Shown in pieces: positions 25,085 to 37,039 of a stretch of DNA of 64,000 nucleotides. The stretch is from contig NC_086108.1 in assembly GCF_963921235.1 (NCBI RefSeq), positions 100,194,001 to 100,258,000 of the forward strand, read 5' to 3'. The first letter of the stretch is position 1. Each line of letters starts with the position of its first letter. The stretch comes from Mobula hypostoma (taxonomy: Eukaryota). The notes below the pieces were generated by a model. It was not told the origin of the DNA. It searched no databases and saw nothing but the letters and a program-made list of their open reading frames with translations. The translations under genes were made by a program, and so were the position numbers.

Positions 25085-25870
25085 ATTAAAGTTGAAAGTA
25101 AATGTACATATAGGTCACTATATATTACCCTGGGATTCATTTTAATTTTATTCAGAGATACAGCACAGAACAGACCCTTCCAGCCAATAAGCTGCACTGC
25201 TCAGAAACCTACCTACTTAACCCTAGCCTAATCACAGGACAATTTGCAATGACCAGTTAACTGTCTTTGAACTGAGGGAGGAAACTGGAGTACCTGGAGA
25301 AAGCCCACGTATTCACGTGGAAGACTTACAAATTGCTTACAGACAACCCCGGACCTGAACACCGAACACCGACGCCTCAAGCTGTAATAGCATTGCGCTA
25401 GCTGCTACGCTACCATGGCATTGTTTTCTTGTGGGCATTCACAGTAGATACAAAGGGACACAGCAGAATCAATGAAAAACACAAAGACTGATGAATAACC
25501 AAAGTACGTAGGAAAACAAACTGTGCAAATACAAAAACTACTACAATAATAAATAATACTGAGAACAAGAGCTGTAGAGTCCTTGCAAGTGAGTACATAG
25601 GTTGTGGAACAGTTCAGCATTGAGGTGAGTGAAGTTATTCGCACTGGTTCAGGGCCCTGATGATTATCAGGTGATAACTGTTCCTGAACTTGGTGGTGTG
25701 GGACCTGAGGACCTAATATCTCCTTCCTAGCAGCAGCAGCAAGAAGAAAGCTGGATTGCATAGGTCCTTGAAGATGGATAATGCTTTCTTGCTCCACTTG
25801 TAGATGTGCTCAATGGTGCAGAGGGCTTTTCCTGTGTTGGACTGGGCTCTATCCACTACTTTTTGTAGTA
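25085..25870 (-). mobile_element. Rex1 3' fragment with nested V-SINE (~25140-25420, minus)
   Basis: Rex 3' UTR and tail; V domain on plus strand GGAGGAAACTGGAGTACCTGGAGAAAGCCCACG. Confidence 0.7.
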
Positions 25871-27047
25871 AGATTTATATTGCACCTTTTACTACCTTCA
25901 GGACTTAAGACCATATAAACAGGAGCAAAATTAGACTATTTGACCCATTGTTCCATCACAGTTGATTTATTATCCCTCTCAACCCCATTCTCCTGCCTCT
26001 CAAGAACTTATCAAGAACCTATCAACCTCTGCTTTAAAGATACCCAATGATTTCGCTTCCACAGCTGTCTGTGGCAATGAATTCCACAGATTCACCACCT
26101 TCTGGTTAAAGAAATTCCTCCTCATCTCTGCTTAAAATGGACATTCCTCTATTCTGAGACAGAGATTCCCCACTATCGGAAACATCCTCTCCACATCCAC
26201 TTTATCCAGGCCTTACTATATTTGACAGGCTTCAATGAAAACCCTGTCATTCTTTTAACCTCCAGCGAGGACAGGCTCAAAGCTATCAAATGCTCCTCAT
26301 ATATTAACCTTTCATTCCCGGAATCATTCTTGTGGACCTCTGGACGTCTCCAATGCCAGTGCATGTTTTCTTAGATAAGGAGCGCAAAACCGCTCGCAAT
26401 AGTCCAAGTGTAGTCTGATCAATGCCTTATAGAACTTCAGCATTATCTCCCTGCTCTAGTCCTCTCGAAATGAATGCTAACATTGCATTTCCCTTTCCCG
26501 TCACTGACGCAACCTATAAGGTAACCTTTAAGGAATCCTGCATAAGAACTCCCAAATCCCTTTGCACCTCTGATTTTTAAATTTTCTCCCTGTTTGGAGA
26601 ATAGCTTCTACCTTTCTTTCTTCTACCAGAATGCATGACCATACACTTTCCTACACTACATTCAATTAGCCACTTCTTTGCCCATTCTCCCAATCTGTCT
26701 AAGTCCTTTGCAGGCTGTCTGCTTCCTCAACACTGCTGCCTCTCCACATTGGGTCATCTGCAAATTTCGCTGCAAAGCTATCAATTCCATCAACCAAATC
26801 ATTGACAAATAATATGAAAAGAAGCATTCCCAACACCGACTCCTGCAGAACACCACTAGTTGTCAGCAGCCAAACAGAATAGGCCCCCTTTATTCCCACT
26901 CTTTGCCTCCTGCCAGTCAGCCAGTGTTCTATCCATGCTAATGCATTTCCTGTAACATCATGGGCTTGTTAAGCAGCCTCACGTGTGAGGCTGATTTCAA
27001 GGAAACCATGCTGGCACCCAGGGCCGGATTAACCTAGTAGCAAAAGT

Positions 27048-27083
27048 AGTCCTGACGAAGGGTCTCGGCCTGAAACGTCGACT
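27048..27083 (+). ncRNA. Minimal hammerhead ribozyme motif at the start of a ~135 bp Penelope terminal-repeat insertion (27046-27180)
   Basis: AGUC-CUGACGA-AGGGUCUCGGCCU-GAAA-C-GUC-GACU. Confidence 0.72.
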
Positions 27084-27459
27084 GCGCCTCTTCCTATAGA
27101 TGCTGCCTGGCCTGCTGCGTTCACCAGCAACTTTGATGTATGTTGCTTGAATTTCCAGCATCTGCAGAATTCCTGTTGTATATGTTACGGGCCCCGCCCG
27201 CACTAAATGCTTGCAAACTGCAGTCTGGTGAAATCAGCATCTCACATCTCACCATATTCTCACGACTGTTAGAGTGAATTTTGGGTAGATGATTCATTTA
27301 CACTTAACTAAATGACTTCAGCCGTCAGTCTTCTGTTCTTTGACAAAGTACTGTGGATTGAGTTCATAACAATGTATTTCCTAAAAGCTGTGAACCCAGT
27401 TTCATTTGTAACAATGCATCTCTGGTGCCTCTGAGACAAGAATGCTAAGTTTACAGGTA

Positions 27460-28629
27460 CAGGTGGCCCCCGTTCTTCGAAAGTTCGCTTTATGACTCCT
27501 CGCTGTTACGAAAAACCTACATTAGTTATCTATTTTCGCTATCAGAAGGTGTTTTCACTGTTACAAAAAAAGGCAGCGTGCGCCCCGAGCAGCAAAGCTC
27601 CTCCCCCGGAACTGCATTCTAGCCGCCATAGCTTAAACACGTGCTTTATGTCGATTTATTTTGTGCATCTGTTAGCAAGATGAGTTCTAAGGTATCAGAA
27701 AAGTCTAAAAGAGCTCGTAAGGGTGTTACACTTCACGTAAAACTAGACATAATTAAGCGTTTCGATCGTGGTGAACGAAGTAAGGACATTGTCCGCGCGT
27801 TGAAACATTCGCACTGTTTACAGGCAGAGAGAAAGAATCTTGAAAGCTGCCAATGTTACTGTCGGTTCTGCTCGTAGCAAAGTGGTCTCTCTTAGTCAGC
27901 ATCCAATAATGGATAAAATGTAAAGTCTATTGCTTGAGTGGATTGATGGGTGTACAAAGCGTGGTGTTCCATTAAGTTATCTTATACTTAAGGAGAAATC
28001 AGTCAGTCTTTTTAATAAGCTGAAACAGAAAGCACTGGACGATGGTGATGAAAGTGCTGCAAAAGTGGAACTTAAAGGTAGTCATGGGTGGTTTGATCGG
28101 TTTCTGAGGCGAGGGCAGCTTCATAGTTTAGCATTTACTGGAGAGAGAGCTTCGACTGATACTGAAGCTGCCGAAAAGTTTCCAGCAGAACCGAAGATTC
28201 CGGTAAGTGAAACTACATTGTACATATATTATTTCTACTTTATATAGGCTGTGTATTTTTATGTGTTATTTGGTATGATTTGGCAGCTTCATAGCTTAAA
28301 GGTTGCTGGAGAGATTGCTTCCGCTACATAGTGAGATTATATGTAGTGAGATTTTCACTACGCTAGAGTGCTGCAATGATTGCAGCAAAGTATTTCTACT
28401 TTATATAGGCTGTGTATTTATCATATCATTCCTGCTTTTACTATATGTTACCGTTATTTTAGGTTTTATGTGTTATTTGGCATGATTTTGTAGGTTATTT
28501 TCTGGGTCTGGGAACACTCACAAATTTTTCCCATATGAATAAATGGTAATTGCTTATTCACTTTACGACATTCCGGCTTACGAACCGTTTCATAGAAACG
28601 CTCTACCTTCGGATAGCGGGGGAAACCTG
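27460..28629 (+). mobile_element. Tigger/pogo transposon, internally deleted (no DDE domain)
   Basis: Imperfect TIRs CAGGTGGCCCCCGTTCTTCGAA and TTCGGATAGCGGGGGAAACCTG; TA on the left; psq-HTH (RARKGVTLHVKLDIIKRFDRGE) and CENP-B-type HTH (LEWID...KGSHGWFDRF...TGE.AS.D) remnants. Confidence 0.88.
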
Positions 28630-28679
28630 GAGTTGCGAAGACACCATATCTATGCTTTTTGAATATGAATTGTACTCTA

Positions 28680-28997
28680 TGTTAGCATGTAACATACCAA
28701 ATAATACATTATGGATTTTAACTTGCATTCCTAAAGGCCACGAATGCCAGCTTAGGCATAATGGCGCCGGAAGAATGAAATTAAACAAAAGATGTGAAAA
28801 CTTCAAAGAATTGTCTATACTCGTAACTATGAACTGTCCTTTGTGTTTAGCAAATAAATATCGAGCCTCAGTCACAAGGCGGTTAGACCTGTTCTGCCCG
28901 GGGTCTCTGCCTTCTGTAACCTTGTTTTGTCGAATAAAGAAACTGCCATGTACCTACTGGTAACACAACACTCTGTGATTTCATCCACGCCACAACA
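28680..28997 (+). mobile_element. Possible solo LTR
   Basis: TGTT...AACA termini with internal AATAAA; no clear TSD. Confidence 0.35.
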
Positions 28998-29151
28998 ACA
29001 ATGATCTGGCAACGCTGTTGTTTTCATTTCGGGGGAGCTGCATGCTGCATGGTACAGTATGTGTGTGCAGGCGTGTGTTGGCTTCTTGCTGTGTCGTGGT
29101 CCTAATGCACCTCATATTGGTGCCAAACAAGACCTTGTAGAGTTACAGTTG

Positions 29152-29811
29152 CAAACAACAGGAATTCTGCAGATGCTGGAAATTCAAGCAACAAACAAAC
29201 TGTGTGGCCATTTTAATTCCACATCCCATTCCCATTCTAACATGTCTATCCACGACATTTTAATTCCACATCCCATTCCCATTCTTGCATGTCTATCCAC
29301 GGCCTCCTCTACTGTAAAGATGAAACCACACTCAAGTTGGAGGAACAACACCTTATATTCCATCTGGGTAGACTCCAACCTGAAGGCATGAACATCGACT
29401 TCTCTAACTTCCGCTAATACCCCACCTCCTCCTCGTACCCCATCCGTTATTTATTTTTATACACGCATTCTTTCTCTCACTCTCCTTTTTCTCCCTCTGT
29501 CCCTCTCACTATACCCCTTGCCCATCCTCTGGTTTCCCCCCCCCGCCTTGTCTTTCTCCCCGGACCTCCTGTCCCATGATCCTCTCATATCCCCTTTGCC
29601 TATCACCTGTCCAGCTCTTGGCTCCATCCCTCCCCCTCCTGTCTTCTCCCATCATTTTGAATCTCCCCTCCCCCTCCCACTTTCAAATCTCTTACTAACT
29701 CTTCCTTCAGTTAGTCCTGACGAAGGGTCTCGGCCTGAAACGTCGACTGTACCTCTTCCTAGAGATGCTGCCTGGCCTGCTGCGTTCGCCAGCAACTTTG
29801 ATGTGTGTTGC
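29152..29811 (+). mobile_element. Penelope-like 3' fragment with inverted 5' terminal segment
   Basis: Exact 14 bp TSD TAGAGTTACAGTTG (29138-29151, 29812-29825); LEEQHLIFHLG.LQPEGMNIDFS; first ~40 bp are the reverse complement of the PLE 3' terminus. Confidence 0.88.
29713..29748 (+). ncRNA. Minimal hammerhead ribozyme motif (Penelope)
   Basis: AGUC-CUGACGA-...-GAAA-C-GUC-GACU, core intact. Confidence 0.72.
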
Positions 29812-29825
29812 TAGAGTTACAGTTG

Positions 29826-30100
29826 TACTGTTTGATAACCGACAATCTTTGGAGTCATGTTTTCCAAATGTAGAAAATGCCTTGTGCATCTATTTGTCAC
29901 TCAGAGTTACCAAATGCAGTGGAGAACGCTTATTTTCAAAACTGAAAAGGTTTAAAAATGAACTAAGGAGCACCAGGGGTCAAAACAGATTGAACAATCT
30001 CACTCTAATGAGCATTGAACATGAACTTCTGCGTGAAATAGTCATTTCCGGTATCATCAGCAAATTTGCTCATGCTAAATCTAGAAAATCTAACTTTTAA
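29826..30100 (+). pseudogene. hAT transposase C-terminal dimerisation domain remnant
   Basis: FPNVENALCIYLSLRVTKCSGERLFSKLKRFKNELRSTRGQNRLNNLTLMSIEHE...F. Confidence 0.85.
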
Positions 30101-31824
30101 ATTGTAGTTTTGTTACTTTTGACATTTGAAATTGATACCTACAAGTAAGTAATGCTATTACTGAAGTGTCAGACATTTGTCGTATTATCTGGCTGTACAG
30201 CAAATGAAAAAATTGAATTACTTTACTATGCAAGTAAATAATTTATGTTTTAATACTTAAGTGCATTTTTAAAATTTAGGGCCCCTTTATAACACATGCT
30301 ACCGGCCCCGCACTAGCTTAATCTGGCCCTGTTGGCGCCTCCAAGTACCCGGAAATCTCATTCTTAATAAAGGACTCCAACATCTTGCCAGCCACTAAGG
30401 TTGGGCTAACTGGCCTTTAATTTCCTTTCTTCTGCTTCCCTCCTTTCTTGAAGAGTGGAGTAACATTTGCAATTTTTCAATCCTCCAGAACCATGCCAGA
30501 ATCTATTGACCTTGAAAGATCATTATTAATGCCACCACAATCTCTATAGCTACCTCTTTCAGGTACCTCTGGGGCATTGTTCATGTAATTCAGATTGCTT
30601 ACCTATCTTCGGACCTCTTAACTTCCCAAGGACCTTCTCCTTATTAATGGCAATTGCCCTCACTTCTCCCCCTCTGCCCATCCCCACTCTCAAACTTCTG
30701 GTATACTGCTAGTGTCTTCCACAGTGATGACTGATGCAAAATGCTTACTCAGTTTGGCCGCCATTTCCTTGTCCCCCATTACCTTGTCCCCCATTACTAC
30801 CAGTGGTCCGATATCTATTCTTTACTCTTCACTCTCTTTACTCTTTATGTATCTGGAAAAAAATTGGTATCCTCTTTTATATTATTTACTTCCCAAAGTA
30901 ATCTCAGCTACTAATATAATGTAGGTTGAACATAGCAATTAACTATTGTCCTGAAAACTGGGGACAGTTCTTTGAAATGTTTCCCTTCGATATTTCACAT
31001 TCTCTCTTCCCAGAGACAGCACTTCTAATCATACAGTATCCCCTGAGTACTCCACTACTCTGAAAGAGCTGCCAAAGCACCATTTTAAACCATAACATGC
31101 TACTTCGGAGGTGTGAGCGAGCCCAACCACAGAGCGGCTGCTGACAACCATGAATATCAGCTCCTTCCCACCCACTCAGATAAAACTAGGCTATTTCAAA
31201 GCTCTTCCGACAGAGCTTCTCCTCAAACCTCACACCTTGGCTAATTGCTGTTAATGTAGAAAGTTTGCAGATTGTCAGCTGTTTGCAAATTTACCTCAAT
31301 GAAGCCAATTAACCTGCAATTGACCTCAGCATGCAATGCTGGCAGATAAAGATATAAAAAGCTTAGAAATCTGATGCCTTCTTTCTAAACTTCCTTTAAG
31401 ATGATTGTAGATAAGATAAAACGGGTCATGTAGCCCTCAAAATGAGTCTCATAATTGACGCGAATTGAATCTGAAATACAGAACATTACAATACAGTGGA
31501 GTCCTCTCAACTTATGATGTTATGCCAACTTTTTAACCTACCTCAGGGTCACCCTATCCCTTCCCACCTGCATAGCCTTGCATTTTTCTTCCATCTTTGT
31601 GCCTATCTATGAGGTTCTTAAATGCCCCTAATGTACCTGTCTCTACCACTAACCCTGGAGGTGCATTCCACAGGCCTACAACCAACTTTGTTAAAACTTG
31701 CCTCTGACATTCCCCCTATATTTTCCTCTAATCACCTTAACATTATGCCCCCTGATATTTGTTTCTGTCCTGAGAAAATATCTCTGGCTGTTCATTTGAT
31801 CAATGACTCTTGGTATCTCATATA

Positions 31825-32257
31825 CAAGGGGTGATTGATAAATTTGTGGCCTACTGTAGAAGGAGATGAGTTATTTACTTCAAATTTTCTGCATTTTCAC
31901 ACAAAGAGTTGAACTGCATGTGCATGTAACATGAGCTGTATAACTCAACGCCTTCTATCTTAGGCCACGAACTTATCAATTGCCCCTGCTGTGGACCACC
32001 TGGAGGTCCAAGACACTCTCGTTACATGCAAGTGTCGTTCAACTCTGAGTGATAATGCAGAATGTTTGAAATTAATAACTCATCTCCTTATCAATCACCC
32101 CTGCTGTGGACCACCTCTACAAAGAAGGGATCCGTATGCTCCATGACCGCTGGACTAAGTGTGTACATGTAGGAGGGGAGTATGTTGAAAAATAAATGTG
32201 CTAGGTTTTCTGAAATTGACTCCTACCTTAGGCCACGAACTTATCAATCACCCCTCA
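31825..32257 (+). mobile_element. Mariner-derived MITE inserted in a CR1 3' fragment (31480-32370, minus)
   Basis: TA-flanked TIRs CAAGGGGTGATTGATAA and TTATCAATCACCCCTCA; mariner C-terminus YKEGIRMLHDRWTKCVHVGGEYVEK* at 32118-32195. Confidence 0.88.
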
Positions 32258-32574
32258 TACCTCTATCAATTCACAGCTCCTCCTCCTCCTTTCCAAAGAG
32301 AAAAGCATTAGCTCTCTCACTCTGATATCATAAAATATGCTTTCTAGTCCAGGCAGCATCCTGGATTAGAAAGTATAGAAGAATTTAAAACAGAATTCAG
32401 CCATTGTTTTGTCCTCCTAACTTTTCCTTTTGCGGACATGAGACGTTAGATTCTTCTGAAGTTTTGTTGTTCTTTGTGTCTCAGACTTATTCAGAGAATA
32501 ATTAAAGAAAATTTAACCAAATTGACAATTAAAGAAAATGTACTGGTTCATTACTGTGAAAGGCATTTGTTTTG

Positions 32575-32865
32575 GATAAACACAAAAGATTCTGCAGGCA
32601 CAGGAAATCCAGAGGAACACACAAAAATGCGGAAGAGCTCTGCAGCAAATAATGGGAAGATTAAAGAGTTGAAATTTTGGATCGAAACCCTTCATCAGTG
32701 CTGGAATGGAAGCCAGGATAAGAAGGTGGGGTGGAGAGGGTACACACTGGCAGGTAATAGGTAAAAACAGGTGAGAGGGAAGGTGGGTGGGTGGGTGGGA
32801 GAAGGAGGATGAAGTAAGAAGCTGGGAGATGAGAGGTGGAAGAGGTAAAAGCCTGAAGAAGAAGC
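32575..32865 (-). mobile_element. Old Penelope terminal fragment
   Basis: Similar to 8375-8540/9050-9110, with a degenerate hammerhead (CTGATGAAGGGTTTCGATCCAAAATTTC). Confidence 0.6.
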
Positions 32866-33199
32866 CAACCTGCCATCAAGCCATGCATAAGCAGAGAACA
32901 GATTCCCTCACTTGGATAAAACATAATCTGGTGAACAAGTCTGAGACTTTTCTGGATATTTCGATCTGGTTGCTAAATAGGGAGCTGTACTGAGGACTTT
33001 TCAAGGTGAGGGTTCACCTTGCCCAGTGGGGCCTAATCTGCTGATGGTTTTGCTTCCGTTTCTGTGATTTAGTAAGGCCAATGTGAGAACTACAGATGGG
33101 GCAGGAATTGAATGAGGGAGTGAGCGAGTGGGTCCTTCCCCCACCTACACAAAACATGCATGTGTTGCTGATGTATGACTCAGTGCTCTCCATACAATT

Positions 33200-34550
33200 T
33201 TCAAAGTTCAAATTTCAAAGTAAATTTATTATCAAAGTACATACAGTATATGTCACCATATACAACCCTGAGATTCATTTTCTTGCAGACATACTCAATA
33301 ACTCCATAATAGAATAATAACCATAATAGAATCAATGAAATACCATATCAACTGGGCATTCAACCAGTGTGAAAAAGACGATAAACTGTGCAAATACAAA
33401 AATAAAGAAATAATAATATAAATAAATAAGCAATAAATATCAAGAACATGAGATTAAGACCCCCTGAAAGTGAGTCCATAGTTTGAAGGAACATTTCAAT
33501 GATGGGGTAAGCGGAGTTGAGTGAAGTTATACTATTTGGTTCAAGTGCCTGATGGCCGACGGCTAATAACTGTCCTAAACCTGGTGCTGTGAGTCCTGAG
33601 GCTGCTGTACCTTTTTCCTGATAGCGGCGGCAAGAAGACAGCATGTCCTGCGTGGTGGGGGTCCCTGATGGTAGATGCTGCTTTCCTGCGACAAAACTCC
33701 GTGTAAGTGTGCTCAATGGTAGGGAGGGCATTATACATGATGGACTGGGCCATATCAAACACTTTTTGTAGGATTATACATTTGAGGACATTGGTGTTTC
33801 AATATCAGGCTGTTTTGAAGCCAGTCAATATACTCTTCACCACACATCGATAGAATACTGTCAAAGTTTTAGATGACATTCCAAATCTTTGCAAACTACT
33901 AAGGAAGTAGAGGCACTGCCATGCTTTCTTCATAATTGCACTTACAGTACGTGCAGGGCCCATGATTGCTCCTCTGAAATGATAATACTGAGAAATTTAA
34001 AGTAGCTGACTGAGCCTCTCCACCTCTGATCCGCTGATGAGGACCTCTGATTTCTTCCTCCTGAAGTCAATAATCAGCTCCTTGGACTTGCGGACATTGA
34101 GTGAGAGGTTGTTGTTGTGGCACCACTCAGACAGGTTTTCAGTCTCTTCCTATATGCTGAATCATCACCACCTTTGATTCTGCCTAAGACAGCGGTGTTG
34201 TCAACATGGCATTGGAGCTGTGCTTAGCCATACAGTCATGAGAGTAAAGTGAGTGGAGCAGGGGGATAAGTACAAAGCCTTTTGGTGCATCTGTGCTGAT
34301 GGAGATAGTGGAGAAGATATTGTTACCAATCCAAATATGACTGGGGTCTGCAAGTGAGGAAATCAAGGATCTAATTGCGCAAGGAGGTTTTGGAGCTAAG
34401 ATCTTGGAGCTTATTGATCAGTTTTCAGGGAATTATAGTATTGGATGCTGAACCGTGGTGAATAAAGAGCATCATGATCTATGCATCTTTCCAGATGTTC
34501 CAGAGTTGAGTGAAGAGCCATTGAGATGGCATGTGCTGTAGATCTGCTGT
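33200..34550 (-). mobile_element. Rex1/Babar 3' portion
   Basis: (AACTTTG)n-type tail; ISTDAPKGFVLIPLLHSLYSHDC; DPHHAGHAVF...SGKRYSSL. Confidence 0.8.
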
Positions 34551-34569
34551 GTTAAGTTGTAACAGATCA

Positions 34570-35200
34570 AAGTTGCTTATGAAGAAAACATGGCAACACC
34601 TCTACTTTCTTAGAAGTTTGTGAAGATTTAGCAAGACATCTAAAACTTTGTGAAACTTCAAAGTTTCTCAAATAAACTGTTGGTAGATACAACCCAGTTC
34701 ATCACAGGAAAAGCTCTCCCTACTATCGAGCACATCTACACAGAGCCTGTCACAGAAAAGCAGCATCCATCATCAAGGACCCCCACCAATCAGGCCATAT
34801 TCTCTTCTCGCTGCAGCCATCATGAAGAAGATACAGGAGCCTCAGGACTCACACCACCAGGTTCAGGAACAGTCTCAACCATCAGGCTGCTGAACTAGTG
34901 GTGATAAACTCACTCAACATCACTTGCCCCATTATTGAACTGTTCCCACAACCTATGGACTCACTTTCAAGGACTCTTCATCTCATATTCTCAATATTTA
35001 TAACTTATTATTGACTATTATTTCTTTTCTTTGTCTTTGCATATTTTGTTGTCTTTTGCGCAATGGTTGTTTGTTCATCCTATTGGCTGTGGTCTTTCAC
35101 TGATTCTATTATCTTTCTTGGATATACTGAGTACGCCCACAAAAACTGAATTTCAGGGTTGTATATGACATTGATAATAAATTTGCTTTGAACTTTGAAT
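34570..35200 (+). mobile_element. Rex1/Babar 3' fragment (similar copies at 35960-36230, 38750-39240, 56200-56940, 60260-60850 minus)
   Basis: AQFITGKALPTIEHIY-like coding, 3' UTR and GATAATAAATTTGCTTTGAACTTTG tail. Confidence 0.75.
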
Positions 35201-37039
35201 TTGGAGTATTTGCAGTAAAAGTGGTGGTGGTATTTTCCCAATGTATTGAGATGCCTGCTGTAGGTAGTTCATTCCTTAGGAGCCTGAGTTTTGCACCAAG
35301 TCTGAGTTCTTCTTCAAAGAAATACCCTTTTCTTTGTGATCTACTGGATATATATCTGACATGCTATGTGATATCTTTCATGTCTCATGATGTGAACTTA
35401 AAAGAAGTATCTTCTCATCAGGAACCTCTGACTTGCAAGACAAACACTCCAGTGTGTAAAATCGGGCCAGTTTGGGGACTATCAAAATAGAAGCAGGCAC
35501 TTATAAAAAAAATCCTTGAAGGAATTTATCCAACAGTGGGAATCGCTTATGTGCAATGCAACACCACATTTTGAATGCACCAGTCCAATCAGAAACATGG
35601 CAGAAGAGCGCTCCCAGTTTTGAACTTGTCCTCAAATTGTGATGGGATACTACTGGGATCATGGAGTAGAACTGCTATAAGTGAAGATCTATCATTTGAA
35701 ACAGTGAGAATTACTTATGGAGCTCACAGAAGAGAACTGGAGGAATATCTTCAAATAGCTAACATAGCAGCATGGTCATGAAGTGACTAAGGCCGAGATT
35801 AAATATTTAAATTTCTGAAGAGGTGGAAATAATGAACAGGGTATTAAATATATAAAGATCAGGAATTGATGATGTGGTTATTTAACACTTTTCTTAGAGT
35901 ATTGTGTGCAGATCTGACTGTCCCATTACAGGAAAGGTGTGGAGCATTTGGAAGGCCTTCCCCATCTTTGAGCATGTCTACATGAAATGCTGATGCAGGA
36001 AAGCAACATCCATCATCAAGGATCCCCAACAACCAGGACATGCTGTTTTCTCACTGCTGCCATCTGGAAGAAGGTACAGGAGCCTCAGGACTCGCACCAT
36101 CAGGTTCAGGAACAGTTATGACCCCCTCAACCATCAGGCTCTTGAACAAAAATGGATAACTTCCTCAAATTCACTTGCCTCATCATTGAAATGTTCCCAC
36201 AACTACAGGACTCTTGATAATTAATTTACTTCGAACTTTGAAGCTGGTGGTGTTAGATCAAAGGCTCCTGTATGTCCTGCCCAATGCTGGTAGCAAGAAG
36301 AGAGCATGGCTTGGATGGTGGGGTTGGGGGGAGTGGGTCATTGACAATGAATGCTGCTTCTTGTATCAAGGACAGTGTAGGGACAGGTCCTTCTCCAGAA
36401 TATCTGTACAAAACATGATGTTAAGTTAAACCAAATCCCTTCTGCCTGTACATGATCCATACTCCCTGCCCCATATTCAGATGCCTATCTAAAAGGTACT
36501 CAACTCTTTGCATCTACAGATATTGGTGAAAATTTTAAATGATATGCCAAATCTGCACATACTTCTAAGAAGCTAGACGTGTTGTCATGCGTTCTTTGAA
36601 ATGCCATTTACATGCTGGCCCCAGGACAGAACCCCTGTTATCATAGCACCCAGGAATTTAAAGTTACTGATCCTTTCCACCTCCGATCCAATGAGCACTG
36701 GAACACAGGAACCATTAATACCTTAAAACCAACAGGCTCCTGAACCAGTGTAGAAAACTTCACTCACTTCAACAGTGAGCTGATCCCACAACCTATAGAT
36801 TCGCTTCCAAGGACATGCTGTCAGGACTTTTTTTTCTTTGCACAATTTACTCTTCTTTTACACACTGGTTCTTTGTCACTCTTTGTTTATGCATAGATCT
36901 TCATAAATTTCTTTCCTATAAAAATGTTGAAGAAAATAAATCCCAAGGTAGTATATGGTAACTTATATTACTTTAATAACAAATTTTACATACTTACCTA
37001 TGTTCTGCATTCTATGTAAAAGGAAAAACGAAATGGAAT

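Larger units (their letters stand above)
27019..30331 (+). mobile_element. hAT (Tip100/Zaphod-like) DNA transposon, internally deleted, carrying nested elements
   Basis: TIRs CAGGGCCGGATTAACCTAGT and ACTAGCTTAATCTGGCCCTG; 8 bp TSD CTGGCACC/TTGGCGCC (6/8); hATC domain remnant. Confidence 0.88.
25905..30890 (-). mobile_element. Older CR1 interrupted by a hAT element (27019-30331)
   Basis: RT remnants at 25905-27018 (SGVLQESVLG, AKFADD) continue at 30332-30890. Confidence 0.8.

Noticed and set aside
27641..28247. TIGD/CENP-B-like domesticated gene
   Set aside because: Has a frameshift and stop, lacks the DDE domain and is bounded by Tigger TIRs
29765..30100. ZMYM1/THAP12-like host gene
   Set aside because: Lies between hAT TIRs with a TSD, and its start comes from a Penelope insert; it is a transposase remnant
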